A stretch of 64,000 bases of DNA from positions 14,756,001-14,820,000 of the forward strand of contig NC_043021.1 in assembly GCF_006345805.1 (NCBI RefSeq). The letters are read 5' to 3'. Of the stretch, positions 1 to 11,859 are shown in pieces. The translations under genes were made by a program, and so were the position numbers. Numbering within the stretch: position 1 is the first letter of the stretch; the number at the start of each line of letters is the position of its first letter. Origin of the DNA: Octopus sinensis. Lineage: Eukaryota. The notes under the pieces are model-generated. The model did no database searches, had not been told where the DNA came from, and saw only the letters and a program-made list of their open reading frames with translations.

Positions 1-100
1 TTTGGGGTGGATACAACAAGTACCAGTTGAGTACAGGAGGCGGGCGTCGATGCAATCAATTTGACCCTCTCCCCGCAAATTTCAGGTCTTGTACCAATAT

Positions 101-309
101 TCTTTTATTTGTTTCAGTCATTAACCATGGCCATGCTGGAGCACTGCCTTTAGTCGAGCAAAGTGACCCCAGAACTTATTCTTTGTAAGCCTAGCACTTA
201 TACTATCGGTTCTTTTGTCGAACTGCTAAGTTACAGGGATGTAAACACATCAGCATCGGTTGCCAAACGATGTTGGGAGGACAAACACACACACACACAT
301 ATGTATATG

Positions 310-358
<49 letters not shown>

Positions 359-507
359 ACGGCCTTCTTTCAGTTTCTGTCTATCAAATCCACTCAGAAA
401 GCTTAGGTTGGCCTGAGACTATAGTAGAAGACACAGTGCCATGCAGTGAGGCTGAACCCAGAGCCATGTGGTTGGTCAGCAAGCTTCTTACCACATAGCC
501 ACTCCAG
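101..507 (-). mobile_element. tRNA-derived SINE, family 'B' (working label)
   Basis: Reverse complement of the head GGAGTGGCTGTGTGG (A-box-like)...GGTTCAGTCCC (B-box-like)...CCTTGGGCAAGTGTCTTC core, central (TA)/(CA) tract, tail ...CAGTCAAATGACTGAAACAAGTAAAAGA; >20 copies in the window. Confidence 0.85.
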
Positions 508-524
508 ATCATCATCATCATCAG

Positions 525-735
525 GGTGGCATGCTGGCAGAATTGTTAGCATGCCGGTCAGTCTGCTTAGCTGCATTTAATCTATCTTCATGTTTTGAGT
601 TCAAATTCTGCTGAGGATGACTTTGCCTTTCATCATTTCAGGGTCGATGAATTAAGTACCAGTTGCGTACTGGTGCCAATCTAATTGACTAGTCCCCTCC
701 CCACAAAATTTCGGGCCTTGTGCCTAGAGTAGAAA
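525..735 (+). mobile_element. tRNA-related SINE, family 'A', tail variant 2
   Basis: CTGGCAGAATTGTTAGC head, GAGTTCAAATTC B-box, GGGTCGAT..TAAGTACCAGTT core, tail CCCCTCCCCACAAAATTTCGGGCCTTGTGCC. Confidence 0.8.
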
Positions 736-1114
736 ATGTTGTAGTTGTTGTTTCTTAATTGATTCCATACAATGGATGGAATTTGGCAGGGAGTGTGTGT
801 GTGTGTGTGTGTAAATGTATGTATGTATGTATGTATGTATGGATGTATGGATTGATGTATATATACATGTGTGTGTGTGTACAATGTGTGTAGATATGTG
901 TGAAAAGACAAAAGAGAATGAGAGTGTGTGTGTGTGTGTAGAGAGAGAGAGAAAGAGAGAAGGCAGGTCAAGGTAGATGGTGAGACAGACAGACAGACAG
1001 GTAGATACTAAATGATAATAGCAGCAGCAGCTGACTTAGCAATGTATTGGTAAGTCAGCAATATTAGTCATAGTCAGAACAGAGGAGACCAAAATAACCA
1101 ACAGGAATTTACTT

Positions 1115-1670
1115 CACATCATCACATCCACCACGGTCATCATCATCATCACCATAATCATTACCCTCCTCATCATCAATATCATGATCATCATGATCAA
1201 TATCTCCATTACTTTTATCAACACCATCAATGTCATCACTAACATCCTCATCATGTTCATCATCATCATCTTCATCATCACTATCATCATCATCACCATC
1301 ATCACCATCATCACTATCATCACCATCACTATCATCATCACCATCATCATCACCACCACCACCACCACATCACCATCATCACTATCATCATCACTACCTT
1401 CATCATCATCATCACTACCTTCATCATCATCATCACTACCTTCATCATCATCATCACTATCTTCATCATCATCATCATCACTACCTTAATCATCATCATC
1501 ATCACTACCTTCATCATCATCATCATCACTACCTTCATCATCATCATCATCATCACCACTATTATTATCATCATCATCATCATCATCACTATCATCATCA
1601 TCACTATCATCATCATTATCACTACTTTCATCATCATTTCTATCAACACCATCACCATCACCTTCGGCAT
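1115..1670. repeat. (CAT)n microsatellite with higher-order 21-24 bp unit (CATCATCATCATCACTACCTT)
   Basis: Direct reading; explains the poly-His/Ser/Ile/Asp ORFs at 1114-1791. Confidence 0.95.
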
Positions 1671-1784
1671 TAGATATCAACATCTCTAGCAGCACCAAGT
1701 GCACATTGCCACAAAGGGCGGAATCATCAGGGTCCCAAACGAGGAAACACTTTTCAGTCAACAAAGGTCCACTATGTTGTAGCT

Positions 1785-1975
1785 TGATCAACTTGCTTGA
1801 AAATAGCAGCTAAATCTCCCTCAAAATTACACTCTCAGCATCTTACAAATGGAAACGATGCATTGGATAATGTATCCTTAGATACTCCTAAGTAGGCAGG
1901 ATGGTCATAACCGGAATTCTTTGGTTCATAGGTCTGCTCAATTAACATTGATTTGGGATCAAACAACAGATTTAA
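1785..1975 (+). mobile_element. Interspersed repeat family 'E'
   Basis: TTGCTTGAAAATAGCAGCTAAATCTCCCTC... shared with 31540-31735 and 54810-55390. Confidence 0.7.
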
Positions 1976-2270
1976 ATAATAAAATAATAATGAAATTATT
2001 GCATACAGTGCTCAAGTGCACCACAACTTGTCAGAAAGTGCGTATAAAATGTATGCAGTAATGTACAAATGTCTGGAAAGCGAATAGTGTATGAGTCAGA
2101 TACATGCTTGCGTGTGTACGGAGGGGAGAAAATCAGGTGTAGTGTTGGCAAATCTCAGGAAGCATGGAAGTTTTGAAGGATGCAGTGCTCCGACAACTAA
2201 CAGATGATGCTGGCAGTTTGTTCCATGCTTCAGCAACTCTTAGCGTGAAAAAATGTTTCCGATGAGAAGG
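1975..2270 (-). pseudogene. CR1-type LINE 3' end (ORF2 C-terminus plus 3' UTR)
   Basis: Minus strand 2261->2133 reads RKHFFTLRVAEAWNKLPASSVSCRSTASFKTSMLPEICQHYT*, matching the CR1 motif FFxxRVxxxWNxLP; followed by a UTR and TTA-rich tail. Confidence 0.8.
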
Positions 2271-2475
2271 GTTTCAACTGGATCTGACCAAAGAAGAATG
2301 GAAGTGAATTCTAGAAGGCATAATTTATCTTATAGCCAACTGGTGTCTTAGACTGAAATGGTTACAACATCCTAGGTACATTGGCTTTGGGGTACATTGG
2401 TTTTGGGGTACCTTAACACATTAGCAATCAGATTACTCTGTCAAATGTAATGCTTATTGATTCCATTTTTTTTAA

Positions 2476-2790
2476 ATGGCTCAGTGGTTAGAGCGTCGAG
2501 CTTACGATCGTGAGTTCGAATCCCGGGTTGGATGTTATGTTCTTGAGCAAGACACTTTATTTCACATTGCTCCAGTTCACTCAGCTGTAGAAATGAGTTG
2601 TGATGTCACTGGTGCCAAGCTGTATCAGCCCCTTTGCCTTTGGATAACACTGGTGGTGTGGAGAGGGGAGTCTGGTATGCATGGGGCGACTGCTGGTCTT
2701 CCATAAACAACCTTGCCCGGACTTGTGCCTGGGAGGACAACTTTCTAGGTGCAATCCCACGGTCAGTCATGACCGAACGGGGGTCTCAGC
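2476..2790 (+). mobile_element. tRNA-derived SINE, family 'C', tail 1
   Basis: TGGCTCAGTGGTTAG A-box, GAGTTCGAATCCC B-box, core CTTGAGCAAGACACTTTATTTCACATTGCTCCAG, then a tail shared with 10003-10270 and 13225-13420. Confidence 0.85.
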
Positions 2791-2806
2791 AAATTAATCA
2801 TGCTCT

Positions 2807-2906
2807 NNNNNNNNNNNNNNNNNNNNNNNNNNNNNNNNNNNNNNNNNNNNNNNNNNNNNNNNNNNNNNNNNNNNNNNNNNNNNNNNNNNNNNNNNNNNNN
2901 NNNNNN
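2807..2906. other. Assembly gap (100 N)
   Basis: Run of exactly 100 N, typical of a scaffolding placeholder. Confidence 1.
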
Positions 2907-3688
2907 ACTGTGTAGCCTTGAGCAAGTGTCTTCTACTTTCTGTAGCACCTGGTTGAACAGGACCTTGTAAGTGGATTTGGTAGACAGAAACTGTGGAGGG
3001 CAAGTCGTGTGTGTGTGTGTGATGTTTTCCCCCACCACCATTTGACAGCAAATGTTCATTTGTTTACGTCCCTGGAACTTAGCAGTTCAGCAAAAGAGAT
3101 CAACAAAATAAGAACTAGATTTTGAAATAGTGGCTGTAGCGAAAGAGGTAGTATGGTGAACACGCTTGAAAGGGCTAAAGACAGACACATTCCTCTTTGG
3201 CCAAGGGTGGAGAGGAAAGTGCTGCCTTGTAGCAAGTTTGTTGAAAGGTGGGTGAATGTTGGAAGAATGGTCAGTGTGAAAGGATCAATCCTGAGTGTGC
3301 ACCTCTGAACAAATTTAAAGAAGGGCTCTTGCCCTGTTGATCAGGCACTCATGGCTTTTGTAGGATTTTCCACGAGGACCTTAAAGTGCCTCCCCTATTA
3401 GGAGTTTTGATTTGTTCAATTTTAATTGTTATTTATAGTGTTTACATACAGAAAACCCATTGTATCCCGTTTTTGTCTTTTATGTTGTTGCATGTCCTTT
3501 AATGTTTTTGAATGTAAGCCCTTGTGGCTAATAAAAGAATGAATTATTGTTATTATTATTATTATTACTGATCAAAAGAAACCAGTACCAGTCAATCAGT
3601 ACCAATATAATTTGTGGATTTTGAGACAAATTTGAAACCATTATTATTTTCCTTCCATTTTTATTTTATTATTTTTTAAAAATTTTTA

Positions 3689-4090
3689 CACAGGAGTGGC
3701 TGTGTGGTAAGTAGCTTGCTAACCAACTGCATTGTTCAGGGTTCAGTCCCACTGCGTGGCACCTTGGGCAAGTGTCTTCTACTATATCCTCGGGCCTACC
3801 AAAGCCTTGTGAGTGGATTTGGTAGATGGAAACTGAAAGAAGCCCGTCGTATATATGTATTTAGATATGTGTGTGCATGTATGTTTGTGTCTGTCCCCCT
3901 AGCATTGTTTGACAACCGATGCTGGTGTGTTTGTTTATGTCCCCGTCACTTAGCGGTTCGGCAAAAGAGACCGATAGAATAAGTACTGGGCTTACAAAGA
4001 ATAAGTCCCGGGGTCGAGTTGCTCGATTAAAGGCGGTGCTCCAGCATGCCCCAGTCAAATGACCGAAACAAGTAAAAGAGTAAAGAGTAA
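3689..4090 (+). mobile_element. SINE family B, full length
   Basis: Complete head, core, central microsatellite and AAGAGT-repeat tail. Confidence 0.9.
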
Positions 4091-4871
4091 AAATAAGAAT
4101 GTATACAAATAAAAAAAAACATAAGAACACCCCTACCCACCACCACCACCACCACTGAACTGAAAAATGAGACCAAAAGGTCAACAGCCCCCCCACCAAC
4201 CAACACCACTGCCAAAATTACAGCAGCCATGAGAACTTGATGTTAACAGGAAGATAAGCAGGAAAGCTGGAGTAATTTGTCTTTTTGGTGTATTTTATTA
4301 CAATGTCCAGACCTGCCCTGTGGCAGGAACTGTGTGGTGGTAGTGGTGGGGAGAGAGAGAGAGAGAGAGAGGAGGGAGAAAGAGAGAAAGGGAGGAGCAG
4401 CTTGGGATGATGGATGCGTGTGTATGGATGTTCACAAGTATGTGTATGTAGGCATATAAACACACACATGCAAGGGAGTGAGAGGGGAAACCAGTAAAAG
4501 GATATATGCATCTTGTCTGTCTGTCTGTGTCTATCTATCTATATGTGTGTGTGTGTGTGTGAGCACCTCTGTGTGTGTGTGTGTGTGTGTGTATGCATGT
4601 GCACCTCTGTGTGTGTGTGTGTGTATGCATATGCGCCTCTGTGTGTGTGTGTGTGTGTGTTTACAAGAAATTAGTTGTGATCAAACCAGCAGAAAGAAAG
4701 GGTCTGGTAAGTTTAAAAATTAATCTAAGACATGTCATCATGAAGATACCCCTGTGATTCCCCCAAGAATTTGAGGGCCCAAGACAAAGGGACACACGGA
4801 CACACACACTATTTGACAATAGTTTGATTCTGGATCATTCTTACTATTAAATAATATTTGTAACTCTTAAA

Positions 4872-5062
4872 GCGGCGAGCTGGCAGAAACGTTAGCACGC
4901 CGGGCGAAATGCTTAGCGGTATTTTGTCTGTCTTTACTTTCCGAGTTCAAATTCCGTCAAGGTCGACTTTGCCTTTCCTCCTTTTGGAGTCGATAAATTA
5001 AGTCCCAGTTGCATACCGGGGTTGATCTAATCAACTGGCTCTCTCCCCCAAAATTTCAGGCA
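4872..5062 (+). mobile_element. SINE family A, tail variant 2
   Basis: GGCGAGCTGGCAGAAACGTTAGCACGCCGGGCGAAATGC head through CCCCAAAATTTCAGG. Confidence 0.85.
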
Positions 5063-5247
5063 GAAGTGAATATTTGTAATTCTTACCAAATATGTTGAGT
5101 ACCACTTGTTTTTATTTGCCCACTTGAAATACATGAATATTTAGTATTATGTCGAGTTGCTTGTATAGAAAAACAATTCTCAATAAACTGAAGAGTTACT
5201 TAATACTTTTGGTGGAGAACATGTTTATTAAATTTTTACATAGAATA

Positions 5248-5410
5248 GGCGCAGGAGTGGCTGTGTGGTAAGTAGCTTGCTAACCAACCACATGGTTGCG
5301 GGTTCAGTCCCACTGCGTGGCATCTTGGGCAAGTGTCTTCTGCTATAGCCCCGGGCCGACCAATGCCTTGTGAGTGGATTTGGTAGATGGAAACTGAAAG
5401 AAGCCTGTCG

Positions 5411-5458
<48 letters not shown>

Positions 5459-5660
5459 CTGTGTTTGTCCCCCTAGCATTGCTTGACAACCGATGCTGGT
5501 GTGTTTACGTCCCCGTCACCTAGCGGTTCGGCAAAAGAGGCCGATAGAATAAGTACTGGGCTTACAAAGAATAAGTCCCGGGGTCGATTTGCTCGAATAA
5601 AGGCGGTGCTCCAACATGGCCGCAGTCAAATGACTGAAACAAGTAAAAGAGTAAAGAGTA
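5248..5660 (+). mobile_element. SINE family B, full length
   Basis: GGCGCAGGAGTGGCTGTGTGG ... AAGTAAAAGAGTAAAGAGTA. Confidence 0.9.
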
Positions 5661-5986
5661 ATAGATTATACAGTTCTATATTTAAGAGATGAGGAATTTT
5701 TTGTATATTATTTACATTTGACGGATATTTGTCCTCATCAGCGTAGTGGTGAAAGCAAATCACACACACATAAATAGATATGTATGCAGGTCTGTTGGGT
5801 GGGGAATGAATATGTACATCTTTTGAGATTGTGTTCCATCATTTAGCATTGGGTATTATGCCCATGGGCATATAGCATAGTGGTTAAGAGCACAGGTTAC
5901 TAACCACAAAAGATTCCGACTATAACCTCAAGCAGACCAAAGCCTTCTGAGTGAATTTGGGAGACGGAAACTGAAACAAGCCCATC

Positions 5987-6022
<36 letters not shown>

Positions 6023-6204
6023 TTATTTATTTGTGTGTGTGCGTGTATATGTATTATGTATGTCCACCAACCATCACTTGACAACCAATGCTAGTGTGTT
6101 TACACCTCTGTAACTTAGTGGTTCGGCAAAAGAGACTGATAGAATAAGTACTAGGCTTACAAGTACTAGGCCAGGGTCAGTTTGTTTAACTAAAGGCAGT
6201 GCTT

Positions 6205-6600
6205 GTCTGCTAGCAGATCAATCCCAATGGTAGTAATGGAATGTAAAGGTGACTGTAAAGAATTTAGTAACAGTAATAAATAGTTTATCCTTATCTGATA
6301 TAAGCCAAAGTTAACAAATTCTGCATTCAAAATAGATACAGCCTAAAGGGAGATAATTTTAGAAAGACTTGAAAGTTAACATAAGATTGTAAGCATGTAA
6401 AGTAAATATAACAAATAATCCAGAATCCTTGTTTGGTACTAGATCAATCCTAAAATCTAATCAGTTTGTGCCAGTCATGAGGTTAAACGTCCCTGAAAGT
6501 TTCATCAGAATCCATCCAATGGTTCTTGAGATATCTTGTCCACAGACAAACAAATGCACCTGAAAACAATACTTCCGTCTTCACTAAGGTGGAGGTAACA
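6205..6600 (+). mobile_element. Probable Helentron/HINE-type non-autonomous element (3' portion)
   Basis: GTTTCATCAGAATCCATCCAATGGTTCTTGAGATATC...ACAGACAAACAAA...GAAAACAATAC then an imperfect subterminal hairpin ACTTCCGTCTT-CACT-AAGGTGGAGGT (6571-6596); left boundary uncertain. Confidence 0.5.
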
Positions 6601-6857
6601 ATAATCCTAGGATGGAATTTATAAACATCTAATGCATTGCTATGTGTGTTTCCATATACAAACATAAGTGTTTTGCACTGAGTCAATGGTTATTGAATAA
6701 ACCTATAATCAAAGACCTAGCCTTAACTCCTCCAGTTTTCAAGGGTATACCACATTGTGTCCATTCATCAGTGACCAATGAAGACAGTGGCTTTGAGCAT
6801 ATAACACTTTTACAAGGGATGAGGTTGCACAGGACACCTCAGGTATTGGGGCACACA

Positions 6858-7090
6858 TAAGGTGGCGTGTTGGCAGGATCGTTAGCATGCCAGGCGAAAT
6901 GCTTAGTGGTATTTCGTCTGCTGTTACGTTCTGAGTTCAAATTCCGCCGAGGTCGACTTTGCCTTTCATCCTTTTGGGGTTGATTAAATAAGTACCATTT
7001 ATGCCTTGGGGTCGATATAATCGACTTAATTCATTTGTCTGTCCATGCTTGTCCTCTCTGTGTTTAGCCCCTTGTGGGTAGTAAAGAAAT
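6858..7090 (+). mobile_element. SINE family A, tail variant 1, with 17-bp TSD
   Basis: AGGTATTGGGGCACACA at 6841-6857 and again at 7091-7107. Confidence 0.9.
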
Positions 7091-7129
7091 AGGTATTGGG
7101 GCACACACGGTTGCAGCATGTCACTGCCT

Positions 7130-7530
7130 CCACCATTTGTCAGTATTTGCTTAGATCATCCTAGGAAACTTCCCAAGTAGCAGCTCAGCATTATATTTCT
7201 TCATCTACCATGACATGTGGCACGTGGTTGACCAACAAGATCCTCAGAAAGAGGATATGATATACAGGATCCGATTGCAGAATCTGACTCAGAAAATCAA
7301 GCAACATGACCAACCAGTCTGAGATGACGCTCCTGAATCACAAAAGTAACAGGACACATCCCAGTTTCTGAATAGAGTCATTGGATGGGTGTGAAATCCA
7401 ACCAATGGTAACTCAAAATCCTGCTAAGGAGTTCAGGTGGCTCCTTGGCGCCCCAGACAGGGTCCATGTCTTACAACTATAAAGCAAGACATGGAGGACC
7501 AGAGACAAGCGACTTGCTTTTGAAGCATAG
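7130..7530 (-). pseudogene. RTE-clade LINE ORF2 C-terminal remnant
   Basis: Frameshifted minus-strand peptides LVLHVLLYSCKTWTLS, RILSYHW and ETGMCPVTFVIQERHLRLVGHVA*FSESD match the RTE LLYGCETWT / RQLRLFGHVAR motifs. Confidence 0.75.
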
Positions 7531-8558
7531 TGTAAATAGGGGTACATTATTCAATGTCCCATTTCAATGAAAAAAAACAAAACAATTTAATAAGCTGGGT
7601 AACAACATAGCAGATCTCAACAGAAGCACCGAACTAAGTAGTGTGTTAGATATAGTTAGAGATCATCCAATAATCCAATTAAACAATGATGATGACGACA
7701 GTGTATGTATGTACATATATATATATATATATACATATATATGACAGGCTTCTTTCAGTTTCCATCTACCAAATCCACTCACAAGGCTTTGGTCGGCCTG
7801 AGGCTATGGTGGAAGACACTTGCCCAAGGTGCCATGCAGTGGGACTGAACCCGGAACCATGTGGTTGGTAAGCAAGCTACTCACCACACAGCCATTCCTG
7901 TGTCTATACATAGATACAAATACAAACACATATGTATACATATACACACATACATACACACACATGCACACACACATGTAATGCATGAGAATATATGATG
8001 TGTGTGTGTGTGTGTGTGTCTTTGTAGAGCAGTTGATTAGCCACTCTCTGAAGAGATGAGAATGAGGTGATTTCAGTGCAACCAATAATGTATGAACAAG
8101 GGAGGAGTTGTAGGTGGGGGGGGGGACATACTAGGCTAATAAATATCACTCTTATATAGAGTGTGTGTGTGTGTGTGTATGTATGTGTGTGTGTGTGTGT
8201 ATGTGTGTGGTGTGTGTGTATGTATGTATGTGTATGTATGTGTGTGTGTGTATCCCATAAATGACTTAACATTATGCTAGCATGGAAAGCAGACATTAAA
8301 AAATGATGATATATACATATATACACACAAAAACACATACATATATGTACTCATGCACATACACACACACACGTATATAAATACACACACACACACATAT
8401 ATATATACATACACACACATATATACACATACACACACACACATATATACACATACACATCTATATATATATACATACACACCTATATATATACATACAC
8501 ACATCTATATATATATATACATACACACACACACATATGCATGCACACACATATGCAT

Positions 8559-8591
<33 letters not shown>

Positions 8592-8640
8592 CATACATAT
8601 ATAAATATATACATATATAATATATATATATATATATGTT

Positions 8641-8685
<45 letters not shown>

Positions 8686-9592
8686 TACAAATAAATATGT
8701 AGAATAATAAAGCTCATTCATTTATGGACCACAATGTTATATGTATGTATGTGTGTGTGGGGGGGGTATTATGGGTGTAGATGAAAGAGTATGAGGGTGG
8801 GTGGGCAGTGGAAAGTTTATGAGGCTTCTGAGTAAAATTTATTACTATCCATAAAACATCATGCCCCTCCCACCCTGGGACCATATCTTTATTTCTTTTC
8901 ATATTTTCTGACAGCAAACATAGTCACCAGGAAGAAGGTTAGAGAAGTAGAGAGAGGAGAGACACAGAGAGTGTGGGGAAAGTATCAAGAGATGAAAGGA
9001 GAGAGGATGAAAAGGTAGATATGAAAGAGAGAGAGAGAGAGAGAGAGAGAATGAGTAAGATTAAAAGACAGGAAAATCTCCAAAAGCCTTACAAATATGA
9101 AACCAAGATGGTACCGGCAAACATGGTCTTTGTTTTACAGATGGCTTTTAGTAACCAAACCCAACAACTGGTCATGCATCCTAAGCCAACAGGAGAGCAA
9201 CTACATGGTCAAATAACAAACTAAAAATAATAGCCAAATATTCCTCAAATCAAACCCTACTCTCTTTAACAAAAAAAAAAAAAAAAAGGAAAGCTGCTTT
9301 AGATAATGCAAACCTAGATGCACACAGCAGATGCAGCATGGTCAAATGTTTTAAGAAGTCCACTTTGCAATCCTGATGCTCCTGGTTCAATCCCAGTGTG
9401 AGGAATTTTGAACAATTGTCTTTTAATATACCATTGGGCAATGATCCAAGCCTCACAGCATTACACTGATTCTAACCCATGAATTACATCGATGGTACAG
9501 CCACTTGTATGGTAATTCATTGAACAAGAGGTTCATTCGACAGAACAACAGAATACTCAATGTCTAAACTGGCAGAGATCCATTTATTTAAA

Positions 9593-9990
9593 TATTGGGT
9601 CATCCCATAAATAATGCAATTTTTTTTATACTTCTTTTATTTTTCAAAATTAAGATAAACAAAGTTCTTGTTTAACCCTATAGTGTTCGCATTATTCTGC
9701 CAAAATTAATGCTTTTTCATCCACTTTGTTTTGAACTAATCATGCATTATCTTGTAGCTTTGAGATTTTGATGAGGTAGCTGTTAACTTTTAAAATGATA
9801 TTGTAGGGCTGGTGTGAGAGACCAGATATGGTCAGTTTGAACATAAAACAGGCAGAATACTTTTGGCCGGATATGGCCGGTTTAAATGCTAAAGGGTTAA
9901 TCTAAAATATACTCTCCTTCATTTTCTACAAGGCTCTTCCATCTATCTGGTAGACTTGCAAGGCCCCTCTTCCAAAATTCACTGGCCATA
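9593..9990 (-). pseudogene. mariner transposon 3' end (transposase C-terminus plus TIR), split by a piggyBac-type MITE
   Basis: 9986->9897 reads ASEFWKRGLASLPDRWKSLVENEGEYILD* (mariner C-terminal RWxxxVxxxGxY motif); TIR-like TATTGGGTCATCCCATAAATAATGC at 9593. Confidence 0.85.
9676..9896. mobile_element. piggyBac-type MITE
   Basis: TTAA duplicated at 9672-9675 and 9897-9900; ends CCCTATAG...CTAAAGGG; 221 bp, non-coding. Confidence 0.85.
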
Positions 9991-10002
9991 TCTGACCCAA
10001 AC

Positions 10003-10270
10003 ATTGTTATGTTCTTGAGCAAGACACTTTATTTCACATTGCTCCAGCTCGATAAGCAGTAGAAATGAGTTGCGATGTCACTTGTGCCAAGCTGTATCGG
10101 GCCCCTTTGCCTTTCCCTTGGATGACATCAGCAGCATGGAGAGAAGAGGAGGCTGGTATGCATGGGCGACTGCTGGTCTTCCATAAACAACCTTGCCCAG
10201 ACTCGTGCCTCAGAGGGGAACCTTCTAGGTGCAATCCCATGGTCATTCATGATTGAAAGGGGACTTTACC
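10003..10270 (+). mobile_element. SINE family C, 5'-truncated, tail 1
   Basis: Core and tail match 2520-2790. Confidence 0.8.
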
Positions 10271-10589
10271 CTTTATATATGGTAATTAATTAGGGGTACT
10301 AGAAATATTTTTCATATAGGTCTAGATGTTTAAATTCACATTTGTCTCTGTTAAATGTTGCACTCAATAACCCTAACCTAGAAATATACAAAATAGCAGA
10401 GAAAACAAAAAAACAAAACAAATAGAAAAACAGAACAAAGACAAACACATTTTCTAATTTCTACCCCCCCCCCCCACACACACTTCATTACCTATTCAGC
10501 ATCAACGGACTCTTTACTTTAACGAAGATTAGACTATCAAAATACTAATTAGTTAATTTCTTTCACAAGTTTGTTTGTATCTTATCAAG

Positions 10590-10850
10590 TTAGTAGTAGT
10601 AGTAGTAGCAGCAGCAGCAGTGATAGTACTAGTAGTAGTAGTAGTAGTAGTAGCAGCAGTAGCAGTGATAGTAGTAGTAGTAGTAGTAGTAGCAGTGATA
10701 GTAGTAGTAGTAGTAGTGATAGTAGTAGTAGTAGTAGTAGTAATAGTAGTGGTGGTGGTTGTAGTAGTAGTGGTGGTTGTAGTAGTTGTAGTAGTAGCAG
10801 TGGTAGTAGTAGTAGCAGCAGTGGTGGTGGTAATAGTAGTAGTAGTAGTT
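10590..10850. repeat. (AGT)n / (AGC)n compound microsatellite
   Basis: Direct reading; explains the poly-Ser/Val/Tyr ORFs. Confidence 0.95.
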
Positions 10851-11121
10851 TAGCCCTGAGTCAGCTGTGAGGAAACAGACCTGTGAAGGTTTTTTTTTTT
10901 GCTCTCTTAGTTTCTTATTGTTTTTTGATTGCATAAAGTACTGAAGAACCTGACTGAGCCGACCTAATATCAAAGGCGCTCCTTCCATGACCACCCCAAT
11001 TTTTTTTTTCCTCCAATGTGTACATAGGTTCAGACATGGCTGTGTGGTTAAGAAGCTCACTTTGCAAGCACGTGTGTGTGTGCACGCGTGCGTGTGTTTT
11101 TTTTAATTATTATTTCAAGGG

Positions 11122-11335
11122 GAGATGGCAGAATGGTTAGCACACTGGGCGAAATGCTTACCGGTATTTCGTCTGCTGTTACGTTCTGAGTTCAAATAAC
11201 ACCAAAGTTGACTTTGCCTTTATCTATTTGGGGTCAATTAAATAAGTACCAGTTATGCACTGGGGTTGATGCAATTGACCTAATCCCTTTGTCTGTCCCC
11301 CTCTAAGTTTACCCCCACCCCACCCTGTGGGCAAG
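11122..11335 (+). mobile_element. SINE family A (diverged)
   Basis: TGGCAGAATGGTTAGCAC head, GAGTTCAAAT, TAAGTACCAGTT core. Confidence 0.8.
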
Positions 11336-11537
11336 AAATCACTATTATTTGAAGCTGAAATTACAGATTGTAACTTAGATTCACATTTTGTAACTTTGGA
11401 TTGATTATATTGCTGTGTATCTTTTGGCTCACTCTTCCTCTCACTATCTCCTCACAGATACAACACAGACCTTCATGTATATATACACATATCTACATAC
11501 ATATAAATACACACACGTGTGTGTGTATGTATGTATG

Positions 11538-11587
<50 letters not shown>

Positions 11588-11609
11588 ATATATTGATGAT
11601 GATATATAT

Positions 11610-11790
11610 ATCACATGATAGATCGTTAGCCACTACACACATTTTTTTCTCTCCTTGTTTTTTTCTGTGTCCCTTTCTGTAGAAGAGTGTAGGCTTGAAA
11701 CGTAAAAGACTTTTTCTATTCCTGAGCGTTATACTAATACATCTGTTTGATTTGTACACCACCTGTCTTCGTCTTTGGTTTTTTTTCGTA
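11610..11790 (+). mobile_element. Penelope-type terminal-repeat fragment flanked by (TA)n
   Basis: Homologous to the reverse complements of 36391-36643, 47990-48150 and 59735-59935 (pyrimidine tract - hammerhead motif - CTGAGCGT...AATAC); the Penelope assignment is inferred from the ribozyme motif. Confidence 0.6.
11673..11708 (+). ncRNA. Minimal type-I hammerhead ribozyme-like motif, A6U core variant
   Basis: CTTT-CTGTAGA-A-GAGT-GTAG-GCTT-GAA-ACGT-A-AAAG: stem I CTTT/AAAG, stem II with G-U wobbles, palindromic stem III ACGT, GUA cleavage triplet. Confidence 0.6.
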
Positions 11791-11796
11791 AACTCT

Positions 11797-11859
<63 letters not shown>

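Noticed and set aside
1114-1791. Poly-His/Ser/Asp ORFs, including the 101-aa ORF 1486-1791 with a unique N-terminal part
   Set aside because: Open only because (CAT)n lacks stops in most frames; the unique part has no recognisable motif or splice support.
2476-2530. tRNA gene
   Set aside because: A and B boxes are present but there is no full cloverleaf or acceptor stem, and it runs into a SINE core.
5248-5660. Recurring peptides such as DRLLSVSVYQIHSQGFGRPEAIVEDTCPRCHAVGLNPEPCGW, resembling a gene family
   Set aside because: They are translations of SINE B in either orientation.
5700-5760. Minus-strand CTGATGAG with a small stem, a possible hammerhead
   Set aside because: No GAAA after stem II and no stem I or III.
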